The notes beneath the pieces are model-generated. The model searched no databases, was not told the DNA's origin, and saw nothing but the letters and a program-made list of their open reading frames with translations. This document shows, in pieces, positions 48,204 to 58,208 of a stretch of DNA of 64,000 bases. Positions within the stretch are counted from its first letter, which is position 1, and each line of letters opens with the position of its first letter. The stretch is from the IMG/VR virus record IMGVR_UViG_2162886007_000107, positions 62,001 through 126,000 of that record. One strand, given 5' to 3'. The translations under genes and the position numbers were made by a program.

Positions 48204-49273
48204 CAGATCGTGCTCCAGTATTCCATTTCCATGTTGACCGGATTGATCCATGGATATGCATGATAGTTGCCGGCAAAGTAATCAGCAACCTCCAGCTTCT
48301 TGTAGTACTGACTGCGTACACTTGGATGGAAGTTCGGATTGAAAGCCAGAGTAATGTTGTTGAAGCGATCGATGACTTCAAAGTTGTTATAACGGAAGCC
48401 TACACTTGGGAAACGAATCTCAAGCTCATCCTGCCCTTGACCGCGGAGAGTATCACCAGTCCGGTCGATGGTACTGAATGCACCACTAGGGAATGTGTTA
48501 GGCCAGCAGTAACCGTTGTTATAAATACCCTCAACGTTACGCATGTTCTTGTTCATGATAATCGTAAAGATCGTCATGTCGTAATCACGGTAGTTCTGGA
48601 TCAGTGCTTCAGGATAAGGTTCCATCCCTTCGTCACCCAAACTAACACCGTCAATGTAATGGTTGATCACATCGAAGATATAAGGAAGGATGTGTGGCTT
48701 GGAAGGGTAGAAGCTTAAGGTCATGTCGAAGTCATAGTTGACCGGCAAGATACCGGTAACGTATTGGTAGACTTCTTTACGAATACCTGGAGTACTGCGA
48801 CCAACCTCAAGACTAACGTCAGGAAAGCCAGAGCAGACTTTGATCAAGTTACTGATCGGAGCCATCCATGGGTAGAAAGGATCAAGTGCATCAATAGAGG
48901 CACTATTAGCTCGACCCCAAGCTGGATCCAACAACCCTTTAACGTAGGAGTTGATGGTGTTCTTTGGAGGAGCAACCAAACTTCTCAATTGAGGATGAAC
49001 ACGCACATTTTCATCGGATAAATTGAGCATAGGACGGTTTACGAACACTAATCCTATGGTGTCGTCGGGTATGGGGGTCATCTGATTACCAGGCCCTAAA
49101 ATCCTTACTCCGCGCAACAGGTTAATCAGAGCACTGCGATAACCAGGACCACCGTTCTCATGCATCGCATAATCGATGTATTCCGGGACATTATCCTGGT
49201 TTAAGTTTTGGCTAGGGGCGACGTTCCCAGGCGTACTGTTAAACCACCCTTGCATCGGAATCTGATCGGCCAT
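48203..49273 (-). CDS. virion structural protein, possibly tube-initiator/hub fold (phiKZ gp88-like)
   Basis: Start MADQ at 49273; CWPNTFP..ELEIRF pattern resembling tail-tube folds; synteny. Confidence 0.6.
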   Translation of the reverse strand: MADQIPMQGWFNSTPGNVAPSQNLNQDNVPEYIDYAMHENGGPGYRSALINLLRGVRILGPGNQMTPIPDDTIGLVFVNRPMLNLSDENVRVHPQLRSLVAPPKNTINSYVKGLLDPAWGRANSASIDALDPFYPWMAPISNLIKVCSGFPDVSLEVGRSTPGIRKEVYQYVTGILPVNYDFDMTLSFYPSKPHILPYIFDVINHYIDGVSLGDEGMEPYPEALIQNYRDYDMTIFTIIMNKNMRNVEGIYNNGYCWPNTFPSGAFSTIDRTGDTLRGQGQDELEIRFPSVGFRYNNFEVIDRFNNITLAFNPNFHPSVRSQYYKKLEVADYFAGNYHAYPWINPVNMEMEYWSTI

Positions 49274-49305
49274 AAATTTTCTCACTTACCTTAGGGGTAT
49301 ACAAC

Positions 49306-50424
49306 ATGATTTCTGGTGTAATTAATCTGGGGTCGCTGTTCCTAGGACTGGCCACGAAAGCCTTTTCTGACAACGAAGATATTGCCGATGCAGCAAAGAG
49401 CATCGACAAGGTACGAAACGCATACAATGTGGTTTCTACCACCTCTGTTACGGAGAGTGCGTCGCGTACTATTATCGCCCCAATGGTGGTGATCGACTCG
49501 GCCTCTATCCATCAAGAATACATGTCCGATCTCATGCAGATCGTCAACTTGCGTGACGTTATCGCAACTCTTACCCACTTGGCCATGCAAGGCTCGCTGG
49601 GTGTGGGTGTGAAGGTCTCCACCTTGATCTCTTCGATCAACCCACGTCGTGCTGGTCTGATGGCTCTGGCGGGTATCGAAGCGCTTGATACCAACCTGAA
49701 ATCGAAAGAAGTAAAAGACAAAGAAAATGATCGTGACAAAGAGATGGTTGAATACGTTAATGTCAACGGCAAGAACATGCCTGATCTTAACGAGTACACT
49801 CCTCTGGCACTCGGTCGTGTTGTAATCGCTACCCTGCGTGCCGAGAACGGTACTTCCTACGACATCCCTCTGACCTTCCGTCAGATCCCGGTGCCGATGG
49901 ATACCAAAGGCCTGGAGCGTGTGTTCGGTGCAGCCAAGATCGAAGACGGTCTGTTCGCTCGCGCCACCATGGTCGAAACCAAGGAAATTACTATTCCTGA
50001 TTTCCTCTCTGGTAAAGACATCATTAAGCAACGCTTCCGTATTGCCAACGAAGACATGACTGGCTACTACCGCCAGGCTATGAAGGACGAAACCGGCAAC
50101 CGCATGGCTGCACTGCGTACCGGTGTGATCAGCGTGAACAACCTGGCCAACACCTTCATCTTCAACCAGGATCAAGCCAACCAGATCGAGCTGAGCATCG
50201 GCCGTCGTTTTGGTAACGTGGCAAGCCGCAACGAAATCTTCAAGGCTGTTAAGGCCAACACCATTGTGGTGGTTAACGAAGACCGCGGTCTGTTCACTTT
50301 CTACACCCACGGCCAAGATCGTCCTGAGGTTTACACCCGTAAGGACATCGCCATGAAATCCAAGAAAGACGTCGGCTCCAACAACCTGGCCGACCTCGTC
50401 AAGCTCATCAACGGAGGCGTGTAA
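49306..50424 (+). CDS. head/inner-body protein (phiKZ gp89-like)
   Basis: Divergent from the gp88-like gene; AGIE site; codon bias. Confidence 0.65.
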   Translation: MISGVINLGSLFLGLATKAFSDNEDIADAAKSIDKVRNAYNVVSTTSVTESASRTIIAPMVVIDSASIHQEYMSDLMQIVNLRDVIATLTHLAMQGSLGVGVKVSTLISSINPRRAGLMALAGIEALDTNLKSKEVKDKENDRDKEMVEYVNVNGKNMPDLNEYTPLALGRVVIATLRAENGTSYDIPLTFRQIPVPMDTKGLERVFGAAKIEDGLFARATMVETKEITIPDFLSGKDIIKQRFRIANEDMTGYYRQAMKDETGNRMAALRTGVISVNNLANTFIFNQDQANQIELSIGRRFGNVASRNEIFKAVKANTIVVVNEDRGLFTFYTHGQDRPEVYTRKDIAMKSKKDVGSNNLADLVKLINGGV

Positions 50425-51317
50425 TGGATATTCTGTCTTACACCGGCAATGTAAAGACCGTAACAACCGCAGAACTGTTCACACTACTCGCTGAGATCCG
50501 CGTTAACGTCGGTGGTGTGATGGCGAACATTGAAAACATCAAGGCCAACAACCTGGCAGGTGATTTCAATCAGTACTCCAGTCAGTGGGTTTTGACCAAG
50601 TCGATCGAGAAAGCAGTTGCTGACAAAGGCTTCCGTGGTTCGAGCCTCCTGGACAACATTGCTTACGGCATGGCTGCAATCGACACCGGTCTTGAAGGCC
50701 TGAACAAGTTGATCAAAGGCCAGAACGAGAAAGTCTGGGATGGCAAGCTGCTCAACCTGCGCCAAGCCAACATCCTGAACTTCATCGAGTACATCCAGTT
50801 CTGGACCAAGTACAGCGGCATGCTGATCGACGTTGTCCTGTCCATGGTGATGGACAAGAAGTCCGACGGCAACCACTACCTCAACGGTCACGACACCAAG
50901 TGGCTGATGGGTACTGCGGAGTTCTACAAGCACTTCACTGTTGAACTGCTCAAAGGCTCCCGTTCCCTGATCACCCGTCTGGAAAAGATCCCTTCCATCG
51001 AGCTGAGTTCTACCGCTCTTGATGTACTGGAAGGCAGTTCCGGCGGTAAGGATGCTACCGACCTTATTGGTCGTGGTTTCGGTATCCACAACCTCAACCC
51101 GGTGTTCTGGTTCGGCCTGGCCAAGAAAGAACTCAACCTGAAGCGTATTGACACCATGCGTGCTGCTAACCAGAAGCATGCGATGAAGATCTCTCAGGCT
51201 GTCAACCGTCGTGATGGCACCAACGATCCTCAGATCGACCGTGAGATCGATATCTATCAACGGAAGATCGAACTCAACGAGAACACCATCGAAGAGATCA
51301 TCAAGGGGTACGATTAA
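50424..51317 (+). CDS. head/inner-body protein (phiKZ gp90-like)
   Basis: TAATG coupling; GGAGG RBS; synteny. Confidence 0.65.
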   Translation: MDILSYTGNVKTVTTAELFTLLAEIRVNVGGVMANIENIKANNLAGDFNQYSSQWVLTKSIEKAVADKGFRGSSLLDNIAYGMAAIDTGLEGLNKLIKGQNEKVWDGKLLNLRQANILNFIEYIQFWTKYSGMLIDVVLSMVMDKKSDGNHYLNGHDTKWLMGTAEFYKHFTVELLKGSRSLITRLEKIPSIELSSTALDVLEGSSGGKDATDLIGRGFGIHNLNPVFWFGLAKKELNLKRIDTMRAANQKHAMKISQAVNRRDGTNDPQIDREIDIYQRKIELNENTIEEIIKGYD

Positions 51318-51826
51318 TGGCTAAGTTCAAACTCGGGGTAAACGGGTACGTAACCGATCAGTCCTCCGAAGCCGAGTTGACGGCCATTTTCCGAAACCTG
51401 GCTTTGCTGCGTCGTGATTCCTGCGTTGACTTCTCGGTGGTGGCTGATGGTCGTATGGCTATCGAAACCCTTCGTTGTGCACGTCGTCTGACTGGCAACA
51501 ACTTCCGTGAGTGGATGCGGGTTAACGCTGATGGTCCTCTCAAGGTCCTGATCCGCGATCTCCTCAACTACATCAACGGCAAAGTCGGTCACCTGACCAT
51601 GAACAGCTCTATTACCATGCATGAAGAAATGCTGCGTAATAACGCTCACCGCCAAAACGAAGCCCTTTACGTACCCAGCGATCGTGAAGGTAGTGCTATC
51701 GACATCCACCTGAAGAACGGACGTAACCTGTTCGACTTCGATCTGTATCGACTGATGTCGGGCATGGGTGCTGTCAACGTAGCGCGTATCTTCCTGTTGC
51801 TGGGTGGAGCGAGCTACTATGGATGA
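51317..51826 (+). CDS. virion structural protein
   Basis: TAATG coupling; position in the structural block. Confidence 0.7.
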   Translation: MAKFKLGVNGYVTDQSSEAELTAIFRNLALLRRDSCVDFSVVADGRMAIETLRCARRLTGNNFREWMRVNADGPLKVLIRDLLNYINGKVGHLTMNSSITMHEEMLRNNAHRQNEALYVPSDREGSAIDIHLKNGRNLFDFDLYRLMSGMGAVNVARIFLLLGGASYYG

Positions 51827-53132
51827 TTCGGATGTTCAACTGGCTGCGGAGATGGCTGCTATCTCCACGGTCAAGTCTGCTGAGCTGGTAGAGCTGGCAG
51901 GTAATACCGGACGCCTGGAGACTTTCCAGAACCGTCTGGAGGACGCCAAGGACAAGGTAGAGATCGTTCGGGAAATCCTTAACGAGACCGAGGCCCATGA
52001 AATCAATCCGAACATCGTTGCTGATGTGGATAACTACCTGGCTAAGGCCGGTGTAGAAATCCCCTACAGTAATGGTTACCAGGAAGTCCTGGGTGCGGAA
52101 GATTTGGGTCGTCGTCTCTGCCCTCTGGATTTCCAGATGACCAGGATGATGGGAGTGGAAAACTTCCTCGGAGATTTCTTCCGTAAGGTCAAACAGCTTT
52201 CTGTGCAGCTGGGTTCGGAATTCCGTGACTTCTATCTGGTGCTTACTCAGACCGTGGATAGCCTGGAAGACCAGATCGACCTTACCGAGAAGTTCTTGCA
52301 ACGCATCCCTGCTTTCAAGGCTGGTACTGATGAGATCCTGTTGGGTGTTCGTTTGTTCAACATGTTCAAAATCAAGGACAAGGTAGACGAGCAGTGGGTT
52401 AGCAACGTTAGCAAAATGAACTCCACTGTTGGTGCTCTGGCTAACAACTACTACCTGACCAGCCAAAAGAATCTGAATGAGACCATGGCGTTCTTCGGCG
52501 GCTTTGCCGAACTGAATGATGACCAGGGTACTCAACGGTTCCTTACTCTGCCAAAAGCTATTCCATCTGTGCGATTCAAGGAGTGTTCTTACCCTAACAA
52601 GGAAGCCTCCGATAACGTCGTTACAGCGAAGCAATCGGTTGAGCTGATGGGTGGTGCCTATTTCCTGGATACGCGTCTGGAAAAGGTTAATACGGAGCCT
52701 AAGGGCCTGTTTGAGTTGGAAACCTACATTGAAGGGTACATTACCCACGATATGGTCGGTTTCCAGAACAATGCTCCTACGATTTATCCGAAGATCGGCA
52801 CTGAGATCAAAACTCTGTCGTCTGAAGTTATTCGTTCTATCCTCAAGCTTATGCGGGAAATCCTCAAGAGCTGGCGGAAGAGTATTGAAGGACAGGACAG
52901 CTACAAGGTTAACGATGCTGAGTTCTCTGAGATCATGAAAGGCATCTACGAATCGCAGATGTCCGATAGCCTCAAAGAAAAGGTTCGTCATGCCTTCAGC
53001 GGTATTGTCCGGAAGAACCAAAGTGAACTGTTGGCTACTCGTACTTCGGTAAGCAATTACCTGGTGCTGGTGTTCAATGGCCTCATTGAGATCTGCAACA
53101 CTTCGATCTCTGCCAATACACCGGAAGAGTGA
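51819..53132 (+). CDS. putative processed head protein
   Basis: Start MDDSD at 51819; GAED and GVEN sites, then FLGDFFRKVK. Confidence 0.7.
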   Translation: MDDSDVQLAAEMAAISTVKSAELVELAGNTGRLETFQNRLEDAKDKVEIVREILNETEAHEINPNIVADVDNYLAKAGVEIPYSNGYQEVLGAEDLGRRLCPLDFQMTRMMGVENFLGDFFRKVKQLSVQLGSEFRDFYLVLTQTVDSLEDQIDLTEKFLQRIPAFKAGTDEILLGVRLFNMFKIKDKVDEQWVSNVSKMNSTVGALANNYYLTSQKNLNETMAFFGGFAELNDDQGTQRFLTLPKAIPSVRFKECSYPNKEASDNVVTAKQSVELMGGAYFLDTRLEKVNTEPKGLFELETYIEGYITHDMVGFQNNAPTIYPKIGTEIKTLSSEVIRSILKLMREILKSWRKSIEGQDSYKVNDAEFSEIMKGIYESQMSDSLKEKVRHAFSGIVRKNQSELLATRTSVSNYLVLVFNGLIEICNTSISANTPEE

Positions 53133-53142
53133 GAGGTGGGCA

Positions 53143-54150
53143 ATGAGCGAGTTGAAGCGACTGTACATCCAAGGCCTTGAGAACCACGCAGTGTTGGTAG
53201 AACACAACACCTCGTTGGCTATCTGGTCTGACAGACTGCTCAACGATCGTTATGACGGTAATGAGGACATGAGTGCTGCCCTCACTACTTTAGGTTCAGG
53301 CTTCGCTAGCCTGGGTGGTGGGTTGCTTTCTGTGGCCGGCTGGGTGGGTGGTAAAGCTCTGTCTGGATTGAGCTTTGCAGTAGGGGGTGCTGGTAACCTC
53401 CTCTCCCACGCCTTCAGTGATAACGACGTTCTGATTAAAAAGATCCTCCAGCAATTCTCTCGGTCCGATGAAAGTGAAATCTCTTTCAGCGCTTCCAAGG
53501 TTGCTCTCCTGACCAGTGACGGGGATCTTGATACACTCGAACGAGACATGGACGCCTTGTTGGCTAACTTGACCTTGATCGATAAGCACGGTAAGGATTT
53601 GATTTCCTTCCTCGACAAACGTATGGGTATCCTTCGGGAACTCAAGAACGTTAAGACCACCGAAGATGTATTTAAGGTGATCGATAAGTACGGGGAAGTT
53701 TCATATCCGGTACTCGCTCTGAAACACAGTCGGGGAGAAGATCATTGGTCTGATCAACTTCCTAACGGTAAGGTATTTGCTTTCAAAGAAGGCGCTAATA
53801 AATATCTTATGAGCGGAGACTCCCCTGAGGGGTCGGCATCTTCCATGACAATGTCCAAGTCTGAAGTCAGCAACTTGCTGAACAAGTTGGATAAGGTCAA
53901 TGGTATGCACAAGCGTTTCAAGTCCAACTATGACGGCTACTTGTCTTTCATTCGCTCTTGGGCGGAGATGGTCAAAACTGTTGAGGGTAACCTCGGTGGA
54001 TTGGAGAAGGTGAGTAAGTCCGCGTTGGGCGAAGCCGAGAAGTTCCTTGGCGGCGATCCAGACGTTCTTGCATTTTATAGCGGATTCACTCCCCGAGTGG
54101 TCAGCTACACCGACCGGTACATTCATGGTGTGCTGGGAGTTTTCGCGTGA
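53143..54150 (+). CDS. putative processed head protein
   Basis: GAGG RBS before ATG 53143; GLEN and GNED sites followed by a Gly-rich hydrophobic stretch. Confidence 0.7.
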   Translation: MSELKRLYIQGLENHAVLVEHNTSLAIWSDRLLNDRYDGNEDMSAALTTLGSGFASLGGGLLSVAGWVGGKALSGLSFAVGGAGNLLSHAFSDNDVLIKKILQQFSRSDESEISFSASKVALLTSDGDLDTLERDMDALLANLTLIDKHGKDLISFLDKRMGILRELKNVKTTEDVFKVIDKYGEVSYPVLALKHSRGEDHWSDQLPNGKVFAFKEGANKYLMSGDSPEGSASSMTMSKSEVSNLLNKLDKVNGMHKRFKSNYDGYLSFIRSWAEMVKTVEGNLGGLEKVSKSALGEAEKFLGGDPDVLAFYSGFTPRVVSYTDRYIHGVLGVFA

Positions 54151-54199
54151 AACGTTTCTCAAGTAACTTTTCCTTCGATATCGAAAAAGGGTATTAAAT

Positions 54200-55504
54200 A
54201 TGTACGATGATCTGTTCAACTCCTACAAGGGTGCTGAAGAGCTGGGTCTGGGCGACGACGGCGCTGCCGGTACTGGTGCTGTGGTTGACGCGGTTGAAGC
54301 TGTTGTTGAAGCCGAAATCAGCGAGCTGACCGTTGCGGTCGAAGAAAACACTGCCGAAGTGCAAACCCTGGTCGACAAGGTTGAAGCACTGGAAGAAGCT
54401 GCTGAAGAAGTGACCGACGCCGTTGAAGGCATGGAATCCATGCTGGCCTCGGGCAACATCGACGCCATCTCCTTCGCCAAGCAATACGCTCACGCCGTGA
54501 AGAAAGCCAACCGCCTGCCAGGCGAAGCCATCGTGATCGACGAAGATCGCATGGGCGCTGAAAGCTTCGGCGACGCTGCTTCGGCCGAGCTGTTCGCCCG
54601 TAACGGTCTGGAGTCCATGGGCGAGAAGCTCAAGGAATTCGGCAAGAAGGCAGCTGAAGTGGTCAAGGCCATTTTCAACTCCATCATCAACTTCTTCGTC
54701 GGCATCTTCAACAAGGCTGATGCCCTGGGTCGTCGCGAGAAGCAACTGCGTGATCGCCTGAACGGCGGTGCCAAGATCAAGGACAAAGTCAAGCTGGGCG
54801 GCTGGAACGCCTACATCGACTACGCCACCGCTGGTCTGGGCGGCAAGTCTGCCAAGAACAAAGGCACCACCGAAAACATCCACGCCGGTCTGAAACTCCT
54901 GCTGGACGAAGCGGCCAAAGTCGACGGTATCACCGTTGCTGGCGCCAAATCGGCCTACGAGGCCATCACTTCTTCGATCAAGTCTGACGCTCAGGCGTAT
55001 GGCAAGTACAACGAGAAGAAGCAAGGCAGCAAGGACATGGTCGTTGCTCAGGACGCCGGTATCCGCTGGCAGGCAACCTACGGCACTCAGAACATCACCA
55101 ACCTGGGTGAAGCTGCTACTGCCGTACGTTCGATCCGCGTTGTCATCACCAAGGCTCCTGAAGCCAAGAAAATGACCTCCGGTGCCGAAGTCAAAGCCAA
55201 AGCCGACAAGGCTGCCCTGGGCGCTGCCCTGGACATCGTGAAGGCCAAGGTCACTCAACTGCGCGACAACAAGGTGAAAGCCAAGACCTCGGGCAGCGAG
55301 CGCGACACCCTGATCTCCAAACTGGGCAACATCAAATCCGGTGACGAGACCAAGAAGTCGGAAACCGACGGCAAGATCGCCTTCGTGAAAGCCGCTTACG
55401 CCACCACCGTTCAGGTTGTGTCGATGGCTGACCGTAACGAAGTCAACCTGGCCGACGCCATGCTGGACTGCGTCGCAGCTCACCTGAGCTTCGGCAGCAA
55501 CTAA
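54200..55504 (+). CDS. abundant inner-body/head protein (phiKZ gp93-like)
   Basis: Acidic coiled-coil propeptide with GAE, GME and GLE sites; VKAIFNSIINFF motif; extreme codon bias. Confidence 0.75.
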   Translation: MYDDLFNSYKGAEELGLGDDGAAGTGAVVDAVEAVVEAEISELTVAVEENTAEVQTLVDKVEALEEAAEEVTDAVEGMESMLASGNIDAISFAKQYAHAVKKANRLPGEAIVIDEDRMGAESFGDAASAELFARNGLESMGEKLKEFGKKAAEVVKAIFNSIINFFVGIFNKADALGRREKQLRDRLNGGAKIKDKVKLGGWNAYIDYATAGLGGKSAKNKGTTENIHAGLKLLLDEAAKVDGITVAGAKSAYEAITSSIKSDAQAYGKYNEKKQGSKDMVVAQDAGIRWQATYGTQNITNLGEAATAVRSIRVVITKAPEAKKMTSGAEVKAKADKAALGAALDIVKAKVTQLRDNKVKAKTSGSERDTLISKLGNIKSGDETKKSETDGKIAFVKAAYATTVQVVSMADRNEVNLADAMLDCVAAHLSFGSN

Positions 55505-55527
55505 GACCTGGTCTTAGGGCGTTTAAT

Positions 55528-55577
55528 CTACCAGGGGTTCCTTCGGGAGCCCCTGGTGGGTTTCCTTTATTTTTTTG
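55528..55577 (+). terminator. intrinsic terminator
   Basis: ACCAGGGG...TTCG loop...CCCCTGGT followed by TTTATTTTTTT. Confidence 0.8.
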
Positions 55578-55633
55578 CATTTTGTCTGGAATGCTATAGG
55601 TTTCGACCACTATATTTCTAACGGGTAAGCACT

Positions 55634-56701
55634 ATGTCTGATTACGTACACCCTCTACGTTTTGTCAACACTCCCACGATCAAAGAGATTTGGGAAGCCG
55701 AACATGGTAAAGATATCGCAACCGAAAGTACTGATGAGGAAGTCAAAGAACTTTCCGACGAGTATGACAAGGTAAGTGGTAACGAAGGTTTCTACAAACT
55801 GTTCTTGCAACACAGTCAGAAGCCTATGGATACTCGTGCTCTGTATACGGGTAATGAGGGCTTTTGGGAAGAAGTTAAGAAAGGCGTCAACTATGTAGTG
55901 GACTCCATCAAGAAGTTCTTCAAATGGGTCTACAGCTTCTTTACCAGCAAGAAAGAACTGGTAGAGCGCACCAAGAACAAGATGAGTAAAGTCATCGACA
56001 TCAAAGGTGTGAAAGAAGGTGACATTGCTTACCCTGCGTCTACTGCTCTTATTTGGAACGCTACTGGTAAGCCTGGTACCAGCATTGGTTGGATTGCTAC
56101 CAAGATTACCGAAGTGGATAAGGTCATTGATAAAGGTGTTGCTTACAAAGAAGCCACCAAGAACTTTGTCACTGCCGTCGGTGCTGCATTGTCCAAGCAT
56201 GGCCAGTTGCATAAGGCTAAGCCTGACATCGATAGTTTGACTGAGGGTTTCAACAAGAAGCTTAAAGAGATCTTCCCTGAAGGTCCTTTCCTGGCTATGA
56301 CCTCGTTGACTATCAACAAAGAAAACAAGATTGTTCTCAAGCGTAATCGCAACATCCCGCAGAAAGCTATTAGTGGTTCCTACCGTACTGACGTTAGTAC
56401 AGCTAAGACCATTCTCAAAGCTATCGAGCATGCCAACGAGGAATACGGCAACTTGACGGCTGAGAACATTAAGCTGGAAGAAGGTATGGTGAAGAACCTG
56501 GAACTGTCCCTGCGTACTGGCACCACTTTCAGTGATGGTGACCACGCTGCTGCTAAAGCGGTTAGCGAGAAAGTTAAAGGCATCATGAACGCTACCATGG
56601 CAAACATTAAGACCTTGGAAAACGTTATCCATAAATCTATTAACGGTGCACTCGGTGTTGTCAAAGCCGCGGTACCTTCTGATTCCAGCGTTAAGGAGTA
56701 A
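55634..56701 (+). CDS. putative processed head protein (paralog family)
   Basis: GNEGF twice; FWEEVKK..IKKFFKWVYSFF. Confidence 0.75.
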   Translation: MSDYVHPLRFVNTPTIKEIWEAEHGKDIATESTDEEVKELSDEYDKVSGNEGFYKLFLQHSQKPMDTRALYTGNEGFWEEVKKGVNYVVDSIKKFFKWVYSFFTSKKELVERTKNKMSKVIDIKGVKEGDIAYPASTALIWNATGKPGTSIGWIATKITEVDKVIDKGVAYKEATKNFVTAVGAALSKHGQLHKAKPDIDSLTEGFNKKLKEIFPEGPFLAMTSLTINKENKIVLKRNRNIPQKAISGSYRTDVSTAKTILKAIEHANEEYGNLTAENIKLEEGMVKNLELSLRTGTTFSDGDHAAAKAVSEKVKGIMNATMANIKTLENVIHKSINGALGVVKAAVPSDSSVKE

Positions 56702-56704
56702 ACT

Positions 56705-58147
56705 ATGCGTCATTTGATGGATCTGGGTTTGATCGGGTTGTTGATGACCACTTCTGAACGACCCAACAAAGAAACCAATCCTTCTCTTATGAAGATGGTG
56801 GACAACCTGGGTTACAACGAATACTGGGATTACACCTACGAAGAACTGCGGGCTGAAGCTTTCCAGGTTATCGATGCTGCTGAGCGTCACTTCGATTACT
56901 TCGACAAAAGTGATCTGGAAGTAAACGCTCTGACTGATGCATTCCTTACCCGGGTGTACGATGAGCTGTCGGGCGGCTTTAAAGAAGATCTGCGCACTGT
57001 TGCCATCACGGTCTGTGCATTGGGTAACAAGAACCCTAACGGTCTTCCTAACTGCACTGAGGGCGTGGAAACCTGGATCAAGTTTGCAAAGGCCCAACTC
57101 GAAGAACTGCGTAAGCGTTTTGAGACCGGTGAAGAAGTGGATTACCTCCCACTGCTTATCGGCCGTCTGGAATATGCAGACAATATCCTCGGCGTGGTCG
57201 ATGTGTTTGTTACTGCACACAAAGGCATGTTGATGGGTGTTGAGGAATTCGCTCCCGGTGATTATCAGGATGTCTTCCCAATTGAAGACTGGGTCTCTGG
57301 CAACGAGTGCAACCAGACCACCGAGTGTGAGTGCGGCTGTACTCTGAACAAGCCTATCGCCATTCTCCAGGGCATGGAAGATTACCTTTCAGGTAAGACC
57401 ACCAAGGCTACCTTGTATCTGGAAAACCTCTGCTACAGCAACGACATGCGTCTGCGCTCTGTGGCTGGTAACGAGGAAGGTGTTTGGGATACCGTCAAGG
57501 AGATTGGCGCCAAAGCCTACGAGTGGTGTAAGGAAGTTCTGGATAGCTTCATGGAACTCTTCGACAGCGGTAAGTCTGATGAAGAGATCGCTGCTGCTGA
57601 AGACGACGCCGAAATCAACAAGAAGGCTTTGCAAGCAATTACCGACAAGACCATGCGTGTCAAGCCGGCTGCTAAGCAAGGCGCTATCGCTCTGGCTACC
57701 AAGAACGACACTACCGGTAAGGTAGCGAAAGCTCTGACTAGCCTGAACACGATTGGCGATGGTGCTCGGGTCATTACTGCTCTGCAAGCTATCCTGACTA
57801 CCGAGTTGAAGAAAGAAGGCAAGCTGGGCACCAAGTTGGAAGCAGCCAAGAAAGCTGTTGCTGATTTGCAGTCGACTACGGCCAAAGCTACTTCTGGTAG
57901 CGGTGACAACAAGGAAGTTGTTAAGAACGCCAAGACCAGTGTTGACGAGAAAGTCAAGGCAGCCAAAGACAGCTTGAAAGAAGTTAAAGCAGCGGCCTCT
58001 GCGCAGAAGAAGATTGTTACCTGCATCCGTCGGACGATCAAAGGTATTACTCCGAAGATCTTCATGGATAAAGAGAACAAGACTCCTGCTACCAGCTCCA
58101 CTGCTCCTGCTCCTAAAGAGCCAGCTGCGAAACCAGCTAAAGCCTAG
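56705..58147 (+). CDS. putative processed head protein (paralog family)
   Basis: AAGGAG RBS; multiple GxE sites; GNEEGVWDTVK..WCKEVLDSF. Confidence 0.75.
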   Translation: MRHLMDLGLIGLLMTTSERPNKETNPSLMKMVDNLGYNEYWDYTYEELRAEAFQVIDAAERHFDYFDKSDLEVNALTDAFLTRVYDELSGGFKEDLRTVAITVCALGNKNPNGLPNCTEGVETWIKFAKAQLEELRKRFETGEEVDYLPLLIGRLEYADNILGVVDVFVTAHKGMLMGVEEFAPGDYQDVFPIEDWVSGNECNQTTECECGCTLNKPIAILQGMEDYLSGKTTKATLYLENLCYSNDMRLRSVAGNEEGVWDTVKEIGAKAYEWCKEVLDSFMELFDSGKSDEEIAAAEDDAEINKKALQAITDKTMRVKPAAKQGAIALATKNDTTGKVAKALTSLNTIGDGARVITALQAILTTELKKEGKLGTKLEAAKKAVADLQSTTAKATSGSGDNKEVVKNAKTSVDEKVKAAKDSLKEVKAAASAQKKIVTCIRRTIKGITPKIFMDKENKTPATSSTAPAPKEPAAKPAKA

Positions 58148-58158
58148 TGGCAACTTTT

Positions 58159-58191
58159 ACTATAACGGGAGGGTCAACCTCCCGTTATAGT
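58159..58191 (+). terminator. hairpin terminator
   Basis: ACTATAACGGGAGG/CCTCCCGTTATAGT. Confidence 0.6.
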
Positions 58192-58208
58192 TCTTTAATG
58201 AGGTTTAT

